A DNA stretch of 64,000 nucleotides from Vicugna vicugna (lineage: Eukaryota): NCBI GenBank assembly GCA_013265495.1, contig MU058584.1, forward strand, positions 3,850,508 through 3,914,507, written 5' to 3'. Under the pieces are notes generated by a model that saw only the letters and a list, made by a program, of their open reading frames with translations, was not told where the DNA came from and made no database searches. The translations under genes were made by a program, and so were the position numbers. This document shows positions 43,620 through 54,753 of this stretch, in pieces (the first letter of the stretch is position 1; each line of letters starts with the position of its first letter).

Positions 43620-45040
43620 ATTCAAGCATACGCATTTATATTTAAATATACAGTTGTTTACAGTGTTCCCTCACAACCCTTTCCATTTTTGGCAGATTGG
43701 TAATGATGTCCCCTTTTTCATTCTTGTCCTTAGTAATATGTGTCTTTTCTTTTTTTTTTTTTCTTGCTCAGTCTAGGTAAAGATTCGTCACTTGTGTTGA
43801 TTTTTTTCATGGAACCAACTTTTTAATTGACTTTCTCTATTGTTTTTCTGTTGTATTTATTTTATTCTGATGTGCAGTATTTCCTTCGCTCTAGTTGCTG
43901 TGTGTTTACCTTTTTTTTTTTTTTTAAGTTTCTCAAGGTGGAAGGTTAGGTTACTGATTAGAAGTTGTTCTTTTTTAACATAGGTGTTTACAGTTACAGA
44001 TTTTCCTGTAAGTACTGCTTTAGCTGCATCCTATAAGTTTTGGTATGTTGTGTATTCATTTTCATTCATCTTAAAATATTTTCTAATTTCCCTTGTGATT
44101 TCTTCCTTGACCCGTGAATTACTTTCTTGGGAATGTGTCATTTAATTTTCTCCTCTGTCTGTCTGTTATCGATTTCCAATTTAATTCCACTTTGGTCAGA
44201 TATTATATTTTGTATGATTTTCATCTTTTTAAATTTACTGAGACTTGTTTTATGACTTAGCATGTGGTCTATCCAGGAGATGTCCTGTGTGCTCTTGAGA
44301 AGAATGTGTATTCTGCTCTTTGGGTGTAATACTCTATAGGTAGGCATTCATTAGGTTAAATGGGTGTTTATTTGGTCAAATGGGCTCACAGTGTTCAAGT
44401 TTTCTATTTTCTTGGTGCTCTTCTGCCTAGACACTTGACAGTATTGAAAGTGAGTCTTCCATGTGTTTTGGCTTATTACTTTTTACCTCTTTTTGCCGTA
44501 AGTTTAATTGTTTATATTTTCTCAGAAAATTATGTATTTAATTCAAATTTCCAAATTTATTGTATTAAGCATATTCTTAAACATCTTAAACATTTCTTCT
44601 GTATTTATGGCTATATTTTCTATCACATTCCTAGTGTTTTATATTTGTTGATTCATTTTTGTTTTAGATTGGATAGTAGATTATCTGCTTTCTTGCATGT
44701 TGTCCAAAGAAACAACTGGATTTTTACCATTTGTTTTCTAATTAATAAATACCTGCTTTTATCTTTGTTAACGTCTTCCTACTTTCTTTGGGTTTGTTCT
44801 ATCATTCTTTTGCTAACATCTTGAGCAGAACATTTAGTACATTTAGTTTGTATTTATATTTATTTCATGATAAACTTCTTTCAGTCCACAAATTTTACCC
44901 TGAGTATGGTTTTGGCTACCTTTATAAGGTTTGCTATTTACTATTCTTATTACCATGATTTTCTAAGTATTTTGCAGTTGTACTTTGATTTCCTCTTTGA
45001 CCCAGGAATTGCTTAAGAGCGTATTTAAAAATTTCCAGTT
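43620..45040 (-). mobile_element. Old L1 ORF2 fragments (endonuclease region)
   Basis: Minus ORF 44138-44347 ...IDHMLSHKTSLSKFKK..IIQNIISDQSGIKLEI is a decayed L1 endonuclease segment; the flanking sequence is T-rich and L1-like. Confidence 0.8.
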
Positions 45041-45140
45041 GTTTTGGTGGGGTTTTTTGTTGTTGTTGTTGTTGTTAAGTTTTTGTGGCTGAACATGTGG
45101 GCCAATTTTTGTAAATAGTCAGTGTCTACAGGTTAGACAG

Positions 45141-45360
45141 CAAGGATCAGCAGACTAGAGCCAAATCCTTCCCACTACCTGTTTCATAAAAAAAAATGTT
45201 ATTGAAACATATCCACACCCAGCTCATTTATTTACTGCTCACAGCTGCTTTCATGCTACAACTGTGGAATTGAGTAATTTTGGTACAAACTGAATAGTTC
45301 ATGAAGCCAAAAATGTTTCCTATTTGTTTCTTCACAGAAAAGTTTTGCCAGTCACCACAG
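45141..45360. mobile_element. hAT-Charlie MITE (MER58-like)
   Basis: GCCAAATCC...GTTATTGAAACA...GCTGCTTTCATGCTACAA...CAGAAAAGTTTTGCCA pattern, ~220 bp. Confidence 0.7.
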
Positions 45361-45684
45361 AGGAATTGAGTATGTAGAGCATAAAAATCAACAAAATAGT
45401 CTTTAAACAAAACACTTATGTTTCTAAATAAATAAAACTTACAAGTATATAATGTAATTTCGTAATTAAAACACAATGAAAGCATTGACTATCACAGAAG
45501 TGACTACGTTGCTGAAAGAAATCTTGGGAAGTGTCTCAATCCAACTCTGGTGACCACTTCTCAATACCAAAATGTAACCAAAGGAAGCTCAGATTGGATC
45601 ATGCATACCCTGGAAGAACGCAAATAATATGGAAAGTCACACTTTTCAACTTCCTGGAATATCAGTATTGTGATTTAAAAAACC

Positions 45685-45860
45685 TTTTCTTTATTGAAGT
45701 ATAGTCAGTTTACAATGTTGTGTCAATTTCTGGTGTACAGCATAATGTTTCAATTATACATATACAAACATATATTCCTTTTGATATTCTTTTTCATTAT
45801 AGGTTCCTACAAGATGTTGAATAGAGTTCCCTGTTCTATACAGTAGGACTTTGCTATTTA
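45685..45860 (-). mobile_element. Short LINE-1 3' end
   Basis: TTTATTGAAGTATAGTCAGTTTACAATGTTGTGTCAATTTCTGGTGTACAGCATA... Confidence 0.8.
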
Positions 45861-46082
45861 ATGAGATGATTATTGAGTTAAAATTATTAATGTAAATACA
45901 CCAATGCCAAGGAGTAAAATGTAACACCTGTATCCATTTTTAAGATCAAACAAATTATTAGACAATGTTATCCTTGACTGTGGTGGGTTAATTAAGCTAC
46001 ACCCCAGACCCCTAAGAGGATGCCTTTATTCATGCTGCTGTGGCAAGTTGCTGTGGAAATGTGGTATAAGAGCAGAGTGTTC

Positions 46083-46930
46083 TTTTTTTTTTTTAACATT
46101 TTTTTATTGAGTCATAGTCATTTTACAATGTTGTGTCAAATTCCAGTGTAGAGCACAATTCTTCAGTCATACATGAACACATGTATATTCATTGTCACAT
46201 TTTTTTTTGCTGTGAGCTACCATAAGATCTTGTATATATTTCCCTGTGCTTTACAGTATAATCTTGTTTATCTGTTCTACATTTTGAAATCCCAGTCTGT
46301 CCCTTTCCACCCCCATCCCCTTGGCAACCACAAGTTTGTATTCTATGTCTGTGAGTCTGTTTCTGTTTTGTATTTATGTTTTGTTTTGTTTTTGTTTTTT
46401 GTTTTTTTAGTTTCCGCATATGAGTGATCTCATTCGGTATTTTTCTTACTCTTTCTAGCTTACTTCACTTAGAATAGCATTCTCCAGGAACATCCATATT
46501 GCTGCAAATGGCATTATGTTGTCGGTTTTTATGGCTGAATAGTATTCCATTGTATAAGTATACCACATCTTCTTTATCCAGTCATCCGTTGATGGACATT
46601 TAGGCCGTTTCCATGTCTTGGCTATTGTAAATAGTGCTGCCATGAGCATTGGGGTGCAGGTGTCTTTTTGAAGTAGAGTTCCTCCTGGATATATGCCCAG
46701 GAGCAGGATTCCTGGGTCATATGGCAAGTCTATTCCTAGTCTTTTGAGGAATCTCCATACTGTTTTCCACAGTGGCTGCACCAAACTATATTCCTACCAG
46801 CAGTGTAGGAGTGTTCCCTTTTCTCCACAGCCTCTCCAGCATTTATCATTTGTGGACTTTTGAATGATGGTCATTCTGACTGGTGTGAGGTGATACCTCA
46901 TTATAGTTTTGATTTGCATTTCTCTGATAA
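46083..46930 (-). mobile_element. Relatively young 5'-truncated LINE-1 (ORF2 C-terminus, 3' UTR, poly(A))
   Basis: ORF 46455-46784 [16 protein letters not shown]...WIKKMWYTYTMEYYSAIK... is L1 ORF2 C-terminal sequence; poly(T) at 46083; direct repeat ATAAGAGCAG(A/G)GTGTTCTTT at 46066 and 46927. Confidence 0.93.
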
Positions 46931-47676
46931 GAGCAGGGTGTTCTTTGTAATAATGATCTGTGTGTGTTTATGTGGATGTGTGTGTTCTCAGTGACCTCTG
47001 TTCAATACCTAAGAGGCTGGCCCAGAAATCATTACAATTATACCATTCTGCAGTTGCAGAAACTGGCAATCTGGATAGCAGCCAAAGAAAATTCTATCTA
47101 CTACTAAGTAAAAACTTCATGTCAAGACAGAGTTCGGAGTACTGAAAGGACAGGTGGAGCGCCCCCACAGGACAGGCAGGAATGACAGGCCCCTATCCTG
47201 GGTGCAGGGTCACACTGCTGGGACCGATAGCTGTCAACTATACCACATCCACCTCAACTGAAGGAGCAAAAGCTCTGAGCAGCTTCCCAATTTCCATCTC
47301 GAAGGACCACAGGGAGTGTTGTTCTGTCAGCTTGTCCCAGGAAGCCAGGATTTTCCAGCATCTTCTCTTCTTCTTGGTCCCCTTCTTTTCTGTAGTTTCT
47401 GGTCTCTGAGTTAAAGGCTGTAGAGAGAAGAGAGGATAAAACATCCTCAGAGAGCCACAAGCCTCTGCTGTTTTTCTTCCCTTTCCTGGAAGTAAAACTA
47501 TTAGGTAAGGAGAAAACCTCAGGAGCTCTGGTGAGTAATTCAGAATTCTATTCATAACCATCATGAGTATTTCAGTAGAAACATTTGAGTAGTAACACCA
47601 GTGTAAGCTGACCAGTCCCACTGGCGTGTGGTCTGCATGGACGGGATGAGAAGAAGGTTATTAAGACTGTACCCAA

Positions 47677-47812
47677 GGGAAGAGGATATAGCTCAAGTGG
47701 TAGAGTGCATGCATGAGGTCCTGGGTTCAATCCCCAGTACTGCTTTGAAAAATAAATAAAGCTAATCACCTCCCCCTGAAATAAAATAATACAGTAATAC
47801 ATAAAATGTTTT
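47677..47812 (+). mobile_element. Vic-1-type SINE with short internal deletion
   Basis: GGATATAGCTCAAGTGGTAGAGTGCATGCATGAGGTCCTGGGTTCAATCCCCAGTAC lacks the GCTTAGCAT segment seen in the other copies. Confidence 0.85.
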
Positions 47813-47987
47813 TAAGAAGATTCTGTGTTTATTCCATCTCACAAAAGAGAGATGAACACTGCATTCTGGGAATGAATACCCCATCTTTTCCATAGATAGC
47901 CCAGATCAAATATAACTCAAAATTACCTAATTGGTTAATCTCTGATTTTATGGTTGGTATGGCAAAGTCCAATCCTGTTTCTTCAAT

Positions 47988-48445
47988 AGTGGCAGAGATT
48001 GCTAGCTGTCTGCCCAATATTCGCTCTCTCTCCTTCTTCCTTATAATGTAATTCTGATTTGGGGAGGAGGGTGAGTGGTGAAATGCCCAACTGAAAAACT
48101 GAATGTCCCAACTTCTCTTATAGAGGTTGGGTAACTTTATGACTAAGTTCTAATACACTAGACCTTTCGGGAAAGCCCCTAAAAAATGGCTCTTGAATCA
48201 GTTGGGAATCCCCTTTGGCCTTCCCCTTCCTTTTTGTCCTGCCAGCACTGTGGATTCAATGGCTGGACATGCAGTGTCCAACTTGTGACCTTGAAGTGAC
48301 CTGCGAATGGTAACCACGCAAGAATGATGGCTTCTTGAAGGAATCGGGGGCACTGATGGGGAGCCAGCCCTTAATTGCCTGCATCCAAGCTTCATTTACA
48401 TGAGAGAAAAATAAACTTCCATCGTTTTTAGGCCACTGTTATTCC
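47988..48445 (+). mobile_element. MaLR LTR (MLT1I/J-like)
   Basis: GTGGCAGAGATTGCTAGCTGTC...ATGAGAGAAAAATAAACTTCCATCGTTTTTAGGCCACTGTTATT. Confidence 0.7.
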
Positions 48446-49749
48446 AGAGCTCTCGAACAGTGGAACACTTCCTCTGTGACTGGCATGATGTCTCTGGTTA
48501 GGTGTATTTCCCTTTGCAAAGGAAAATTGGTAATACAGACTTATACACCAGTCTTCCAGAAGTTTGGTTAGGAGGAAACAAGCTCCCAAAGACCTTTGTA
48601 CTCCCAGTGAACTACCAAGTTGAATTTCTGGGTCCTGTGGTACATAGACTATGAGATAAGAAGCTTTTACTTAGGAGAACAATCAAGTAAACAGGTCCTT
48701 GAATTGAGATCAGCTTTTACTTAAGAAAAAGTGGTAGACGGATTCTGTGAAAAGCTGGAAGATGAAACAGAATTAACTAAAAAGGTAGTCATGTCAGATC
48801 TGGATAACTAAAGCAAGAGGTGTGGCAGCCTTCTCCGTGCAAATCCCAACTGCCTTGCCACTACCCTGTGAGCCTAGAATTCACTCACGGTCCCGAGTTT
48901 CAGGAGCTGGTAGATCAGCCACCACTGACTTTCCCAGGGGGAAGCAAGTTTCCTTTCCTGCCACCCAAAATGAACCTTTGTTGTACCTGAAGTAACCCTG
49001 AGAGCCCATACTGGTCAGCTCTAGGGCTTGGCTGTTGTCCAATACATGTAACCCATGCTTGTTCAATATTGGTTGATTAATAGAGGACAAAAAAAGAATG
49101 ACCAGATCCAAAGTCTGACCCTCTCTGCCTTGCAGCACCAGGGTTCTGTCTCCACAGAGACCTGCCCTGTCTTGCTGAGGCCAGGCTAACCTAATAACCT
49201 CAGGAAATATGCACGGAAGCTTTAGTAGGCTGCTCCTCGCAGGTGACATGTTTCTAAGTAGATAGGAATTTTTGAGAGATACTGTTGTTTTTAGCCAAAA
49301 GTCACGTAAAGAGATGCACTGGGCTCAGCCAGGCTTTTGGTGTTCTCTTAAAGCGCACCATCCCTACTGGCTGCTTTATCGGTGGCAGGGAAGTGTTTTC
49401 ACAGTGGAACCCCCAGCTGCCAGGTTGGGATGGGGAGGTGCTGGGTGGGTGGCGGAGGGGATGATGTTTTATGTTGCAACACAGGGAGTCTCAGGATGTC
49501 GATGACCCCGGAGCTCCTGAGGACTCCGGTGAGGTTAATTCATCTTGGGGGTTGTTCTTTCCTGCCTATGAGCCGAGGCTGACTACAAAGCTCTTTCCAC
49601 CCCTAGAGCACGATTACGGAGACAGAAAGCAGAGTGGAGCAGGACCTGAAGGTGGAGCAGGGCAGGGAGAAAGAAAGTCTCACACAGCCCTCTCGGACAC
49701 AATACTTCCCTTTTATAAGAAATATTTAATAAAATCCCTTTACTGCCTG

Positions 49750-50390
49750 GAAATGAAGTCTTAGATAATAGAACCTACCCACACATATAATTTTTAAAGT
49801 CAATATAATGCCCTACCCATATATAAAGAAATAAGAAGAAGAAATTAATGGATACTAAAATACAATATATTTAGATATGGGAATACAAACATACACTGCA
49901 CCAGAAGACACAGCAAAGAGCCAGATGTTTGCACCTTTACTTGAAATCACTGGGAATGCAACAGTCACACATACCAATTGCTATAATTGCGGTTAAATTG
50001 CAGCAAAATTGATATGTTGTGGTCAAATTGGTGATTCAATATTATGAGCAGTATTGCTGTCAGAAACATGCATTTCCAAAATTGTGAAAACCTTTTGGTG
50101 AAAACAAAATACCATCTTCCCCTGCTTCACATAGTTACCTTCTAGGCTCAGATAATTATCTGTAGGGTTTTTAACTACAGAAATGTCTCATGGAATTTTT
50201 CAAAGTCATATGAGACTCCAAGCAGCCACTGTTATGGGGGATTACTTTGTGAGTTTCAGGAAATATAGCATCCTTAGTCCTCTCCCTAAAAATATCCACC
50301 GTACTCTCCAGCCTTCGTGACAAACGAAAACACCCCAGTAAATTTCCAAAACATTCCCAGTGGTATTACCCTCATTGAGAATCAATGTCT
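49750..50390. mobile_element. hAT-Charlie relic with MER20-like end
   Basis: GTGACAAACGAAAACAC...AATTTCCAAA...TTGAGAATCAATG terminus. Confidence 0.45.
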
Positions 50391-51539
50391 GGGGACACCC
50401 CAGGGAATGATTTGGAGGACGATCACATGCTGTACCTCTATGTATGGCATGAATAGTTCAGTAGCATAATAGAAGGTGAGAGCTAAACACTGATCAACAA
50501 TACAGGCATACGTTAGTGACATGTTTCCCAAGAAGTTAAAAATATCCTGGCCATCAGAGCAAACTATAAAATCGACACAGTCGGATTCAATTGGCGATTT
50601 GCTAAATCATTTTGAAGAGCTAGGAATTCCTACAACGAGAGATTTAGGGCTAACCTAACTGATGGTGGTAATGGATCCAAAGAACTTGAGGTAAATTTGA
50701 TGAAGATCAATTGGTCAGAGGTGAATTTGCCAAAAGTCAAGTCCCTAAAAGACCAATTAACCAAAAGCCAATGTGTTGAAAATTAATTTGCTGAATGATT
50801 ATTTCATCCAAACTGCCAAATCTGGTACCTGAAACCAGGTTAGAAGAGTTTACTGCAGTAATTTCACTACAAGCGCATTTACAATAGTGTCACTGAAGCT
50901 GACCCGTTCCTAGTGTATTTGGCACTTTGGTCTATGTCAATAAGTACTGAGAGGATCTTGTGTATTTCAAAGTTCATGCATTGTGCACAAACCCAATGTT
51001 GAGGATTTTATAAATAGTAAGGTAGGTTTCTCTCTGCAAATACACTTAGCCCACTGTCTTTCCTATTAACTCTTAATCATGGCCCTGTGAATAAGCTCAA
51101 TCAAATAAACCTTTTGTGTATGTGTCAAATTTCAGACTCCTTTCTCTTTAATGTCATATACAAGAAAGAATGATTTGCCCTTTTTTAAACACAGTTTTAT
51201 ACCAATTCGACCTTCCCTATCTTTGCCAGTTATCAGTCTTTTGAATGAAGATTTTTGTCTGCTTGTTAATTGTGCATATCCACAACAATCGTGGAAACTG
51301 GCAAAATTATTTTCATGAGATGGGGTCTATGTACAAATTGAGGCCTGTGGTCTATAAAATCGAAGTTGGGCATAAGGCCTCCAAACTAGAGAAGTCAGTG
51401 ATCTGTTTGAAGGGCGAGCTCACCCATTAACGTGTAAAACGTTGTCCATTAGAGACAAACAAGATCTAAAAGGTGAAGAACATAAAACAGACGTTCAGCT
51501 GAGCTGGCTGACAAATTCTCAGTGAAAGAGCTGAGGGTA

Positions 51540-51737
51540 GGGGGAAGGCTGTAGCTCAAGTGGTAGAGTCTGTGCTTAGTATGCACAAAGTCCTGGGTTC
51601 AATCCCCTGTTCTTCCATTTAAAAATAAATAAATAATTACCTCCGCCATAAAGATAAATAAGCCTAACTACCCTGCCCAAAACTCTGAAAGTGAAGTTAC
51701 TTAATTTTTTTCAAACCTTAAAAAAAAAAAAAAAAAA
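51540..51737 (+). mobile_element. Vic-1-type SINE whose poly(A) tail runs toward the assembly gap
   Basis: GTAGCTCAAGTGGTAGAG...GGGTTCAATCCCC; tail motif partly duplicated; long A run at 51720-51737. Confidence 0.85.
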
Positions 51738-51803
51738 CAGGGGGAAAAAAGTTCCCAACAAACACACAAAAAAAAAACAGAAAATAAAACTAAAAAAAGA
51801 AAG

Positions 51804-51831
51804 NNNNNNNNNNNNNNNNNNNNNNNNNNNN
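51804..51831. other. Assembly gap (28 N)
   Basis: Run of N characters. Confidence 1.
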
Positions 51832-54731
51832 AAAAAAAAAAAAAAAAGCTGGGGTGAAGCAGTTCCCATGAGACACACCAAACAAAAACCGAAAATAAAT
51901 CTTCAAAGAGGATGGAAGCAATATCATACAAGGAATCTGTTCTAAGCACCATACAGAGTCAATAAAATCAGGGTTTTGATGAATCAATAATTTGGTAAGT
52001 TGATCGCTTGGCATATTGATGATCTAGAACATTTCTTTTGAGCAAACGGAAATACTGCCTTTTGGAAAGTCGCTTTGCTTCTCTCAAAAAGTGATATGAT
52101 CAGCAGCAGAGGAGCTGGAAATAGAAGAGTGACAGAAGCAAGCGTAGGGAGGGCCCATTTGAGCAAAGCCCATTAATAATAACATCCCCTTCTCAATTCG
52201 GGCCTGCACATATGTCCCCACTGTGGAGACAGACGCCTCGGGCTAGTGCAGCCTGCTGCCGGGAACCGGTGGATCACATAAACAGCCCTTCCTCGGATTC
52301 CACACTCACCTGGAAGGCTTCTGATTATAAATGAGCATCCCCAGTAGTCTTCCTTCAGACAGCGAATTCGTAGGCCAAGGGTCAGGAATACCTAGTCACC
52401 TCGATGGATATAAATCTCAATGTGCATTAATAAATGGGCGCCTTTGTTTTTACACCTGTATTTTATGAGCTTTGTAAGTGGGGGTCAATGCCATGACGTC
52501 TGATCACCCCCAGGACCCTGGCAAGATTAATTTTTCACAATGTCTGTGAGTAATGGCCAGGTCTGTTCTGAATTCACCCAGTTGGCTCAGCGGGTTTATG
52601 TTTCTATAATCTAGAAAAACATCGTTGAGGAAGCCTCTACATTTAAAGAGTAGACTTAAAATAATTGCAGACAGGATAAACTATTTTTATTGTATATTAT
52701 ATATAAAAATCCTGAAATGATCTTCATGTGTATCCAAAGTCCTACCTGTCTGGGGTCTAAGACAGGGTCGCATTAACAGAAATAAACAGTGTTTCTCTGG
52801 ATCTGGCTTCGAGCCATTGTTGTGGGCCTTGCATCCTTCCATGCTCCACCCCCTGACACCGCCCACAGCCCCACCAGTTATTTAGGGGGATTCCCAAGGG
52901 GTTCTGAAAAGGTCCTCTGAGCTATCCCCGCCATGGTCCTGCTCTGCTCCACTCATGTCAGTTGCATCTGCTGCCCCGGTGCTTCCCTGTGATGCCCACG
53001 GACAGGGCCAGCTCTAAAGGGCAGCCTTCTGATGCCAGGCCTCTTCCCACTGCTTCCCCAGCTGGAGGCAGAGCTGCGGGACCATTCCAGGTCCCCCAGG
53101 TACCAAAGCTGGGCTTTACTTGCTCCTATCCTCACCTTGACACCTTCTGCACTAAAGGGAAGGTGATTGAGTATCTGTCTCTTCTCCTCTGTGTCACAGT
53201 GGACATTGGATCCTGTGGTGCTGCCGCATGTTTCCAAAGAGTTGTCACAGCAGGCCACAGAGACTCAGTTCAGCTCATCCCAGGTCCAGCTAGAAGAGAG
53301 AGTGACCATTGCTGTGCAGAACTGGAATGTAGAGAAACTCAGGTGCAGCAGAGAAACAGGGAGCAATGCAGAACCAACCACCCACCCACAGAAGGCGGGG
53401 GCTACCAGCAACAGGGCAGATGTGGGACATGTCCTGCCCTGTCTGGAGGGAGAGGAAAGTCAGAATTACCATCAAAACCCCACCAAAGAACACAGGTCAC
53501 TTTTATAATCATTTTTTAAAAAGATAGCTTCTTAAACCATTGCTGAAATAAAGGAATACAGTCCTTTGTTGAGTTTGATGCTTATAGTCACAGATACAAA
53601 CTGCCATCAGAGGTCCCAACAGTGTGGATACCGTCACTCTCAATGAATCATTTTGCTGTCTCAACAAAGTCACAGGTGAACAAAACCCTTCTAGTGGTGT
53701 AGAAACACACCAGATCTAACTGGACCCACCTAATATTTGCATCCATTCACAAGTAAATAGCTTCTGACACTCCTGTCCCTTTTCCTGCACCTTCAGAATG
53801 GCGCTTAGTGGCGTTAGTTTTCTCCAGGTTGTATTTCCCGAATCAATGACTTTTCAACTGTTCCCTCCCTCGTCGTGTATCTCTGAACGATCATGTGCAC
53901 ATCCATGTGCACACACACGTACACGCAGTTTCCTCCTGACTCAGGTGACTTCCAAGGCTGCTGGTCGACCCTGGTGCTCTTTTCCTGAAGGATAGTTGTT
54001 CACTCCAGGCTTCACCTTGCAAATTTAGAGAATTTCCCCCCATTCTGCTCTGTTGCTTCAAGACGCAGAGAACCTCTGAATCACCCCTTACCAACACCAT
54101 TTCCAGACAGGATTTGCAGAGGACATCTGTGTCCTACAGGAAGTCTGAATTCTCATTCTGCAGTCCCTCTAATTTATTTCAGCATTCGGTTTTCCCTTTC
54201 TTGTGAAATCTTTCTTTTATTCCACGTGTCTTTCTCTCAGACTCACCCTTCATTCAAACCAAGTTGAGAGAGAGACTGCTATTTACGGCTGACCTTAGAC
54301 TGCTGTAAGGTATGCTAAAGGATTTTCTACCCACCCCTGCCACTGGGTTTTAAAATTAATTTTAAAAGAGAACACAATTTCTGAGGCTGTCCTTCCTTGA
54401 AGGACATTTTTTATTCCCTCTGCAGAATGTGCACGGGGGATTGGTCTATAGGAAAAAAAATTCTTTCCGGGCCTTTGTTTTGTTTTATTCCTGAGGTTGT
54501 TTGGGGGATGGGTGACCTGATAAGACAACTAGGAACCAAAGGGAGTCCTCACTCTCTGAGCTTAATTTATCACATCATCAGGGTTTGCAGTGGATATTCT
54601 GAAATGCTAACAACCATCTCTACAAAAAACATTCTGCCTCAGGCCAGTCCTAGTCACCTTGATGGTTACTCTTTATCAGTATCTAGCATCTTGCTCTCAA
54701 CTACAGTATTGGTCCCCCAGTGGTTAAAAGA

Positions 54732-54753
54732 ACACACACACACACACACACAC
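54732..54753. repeat. (CA)n microsatellite
   Basis: Directly visible. Confidence 0.95.

Noticed and set aside
52962..53519. 185-aa ORF in the intergenic region
   Set aside because: Non-ATG start, no recognisable homology or splice context.
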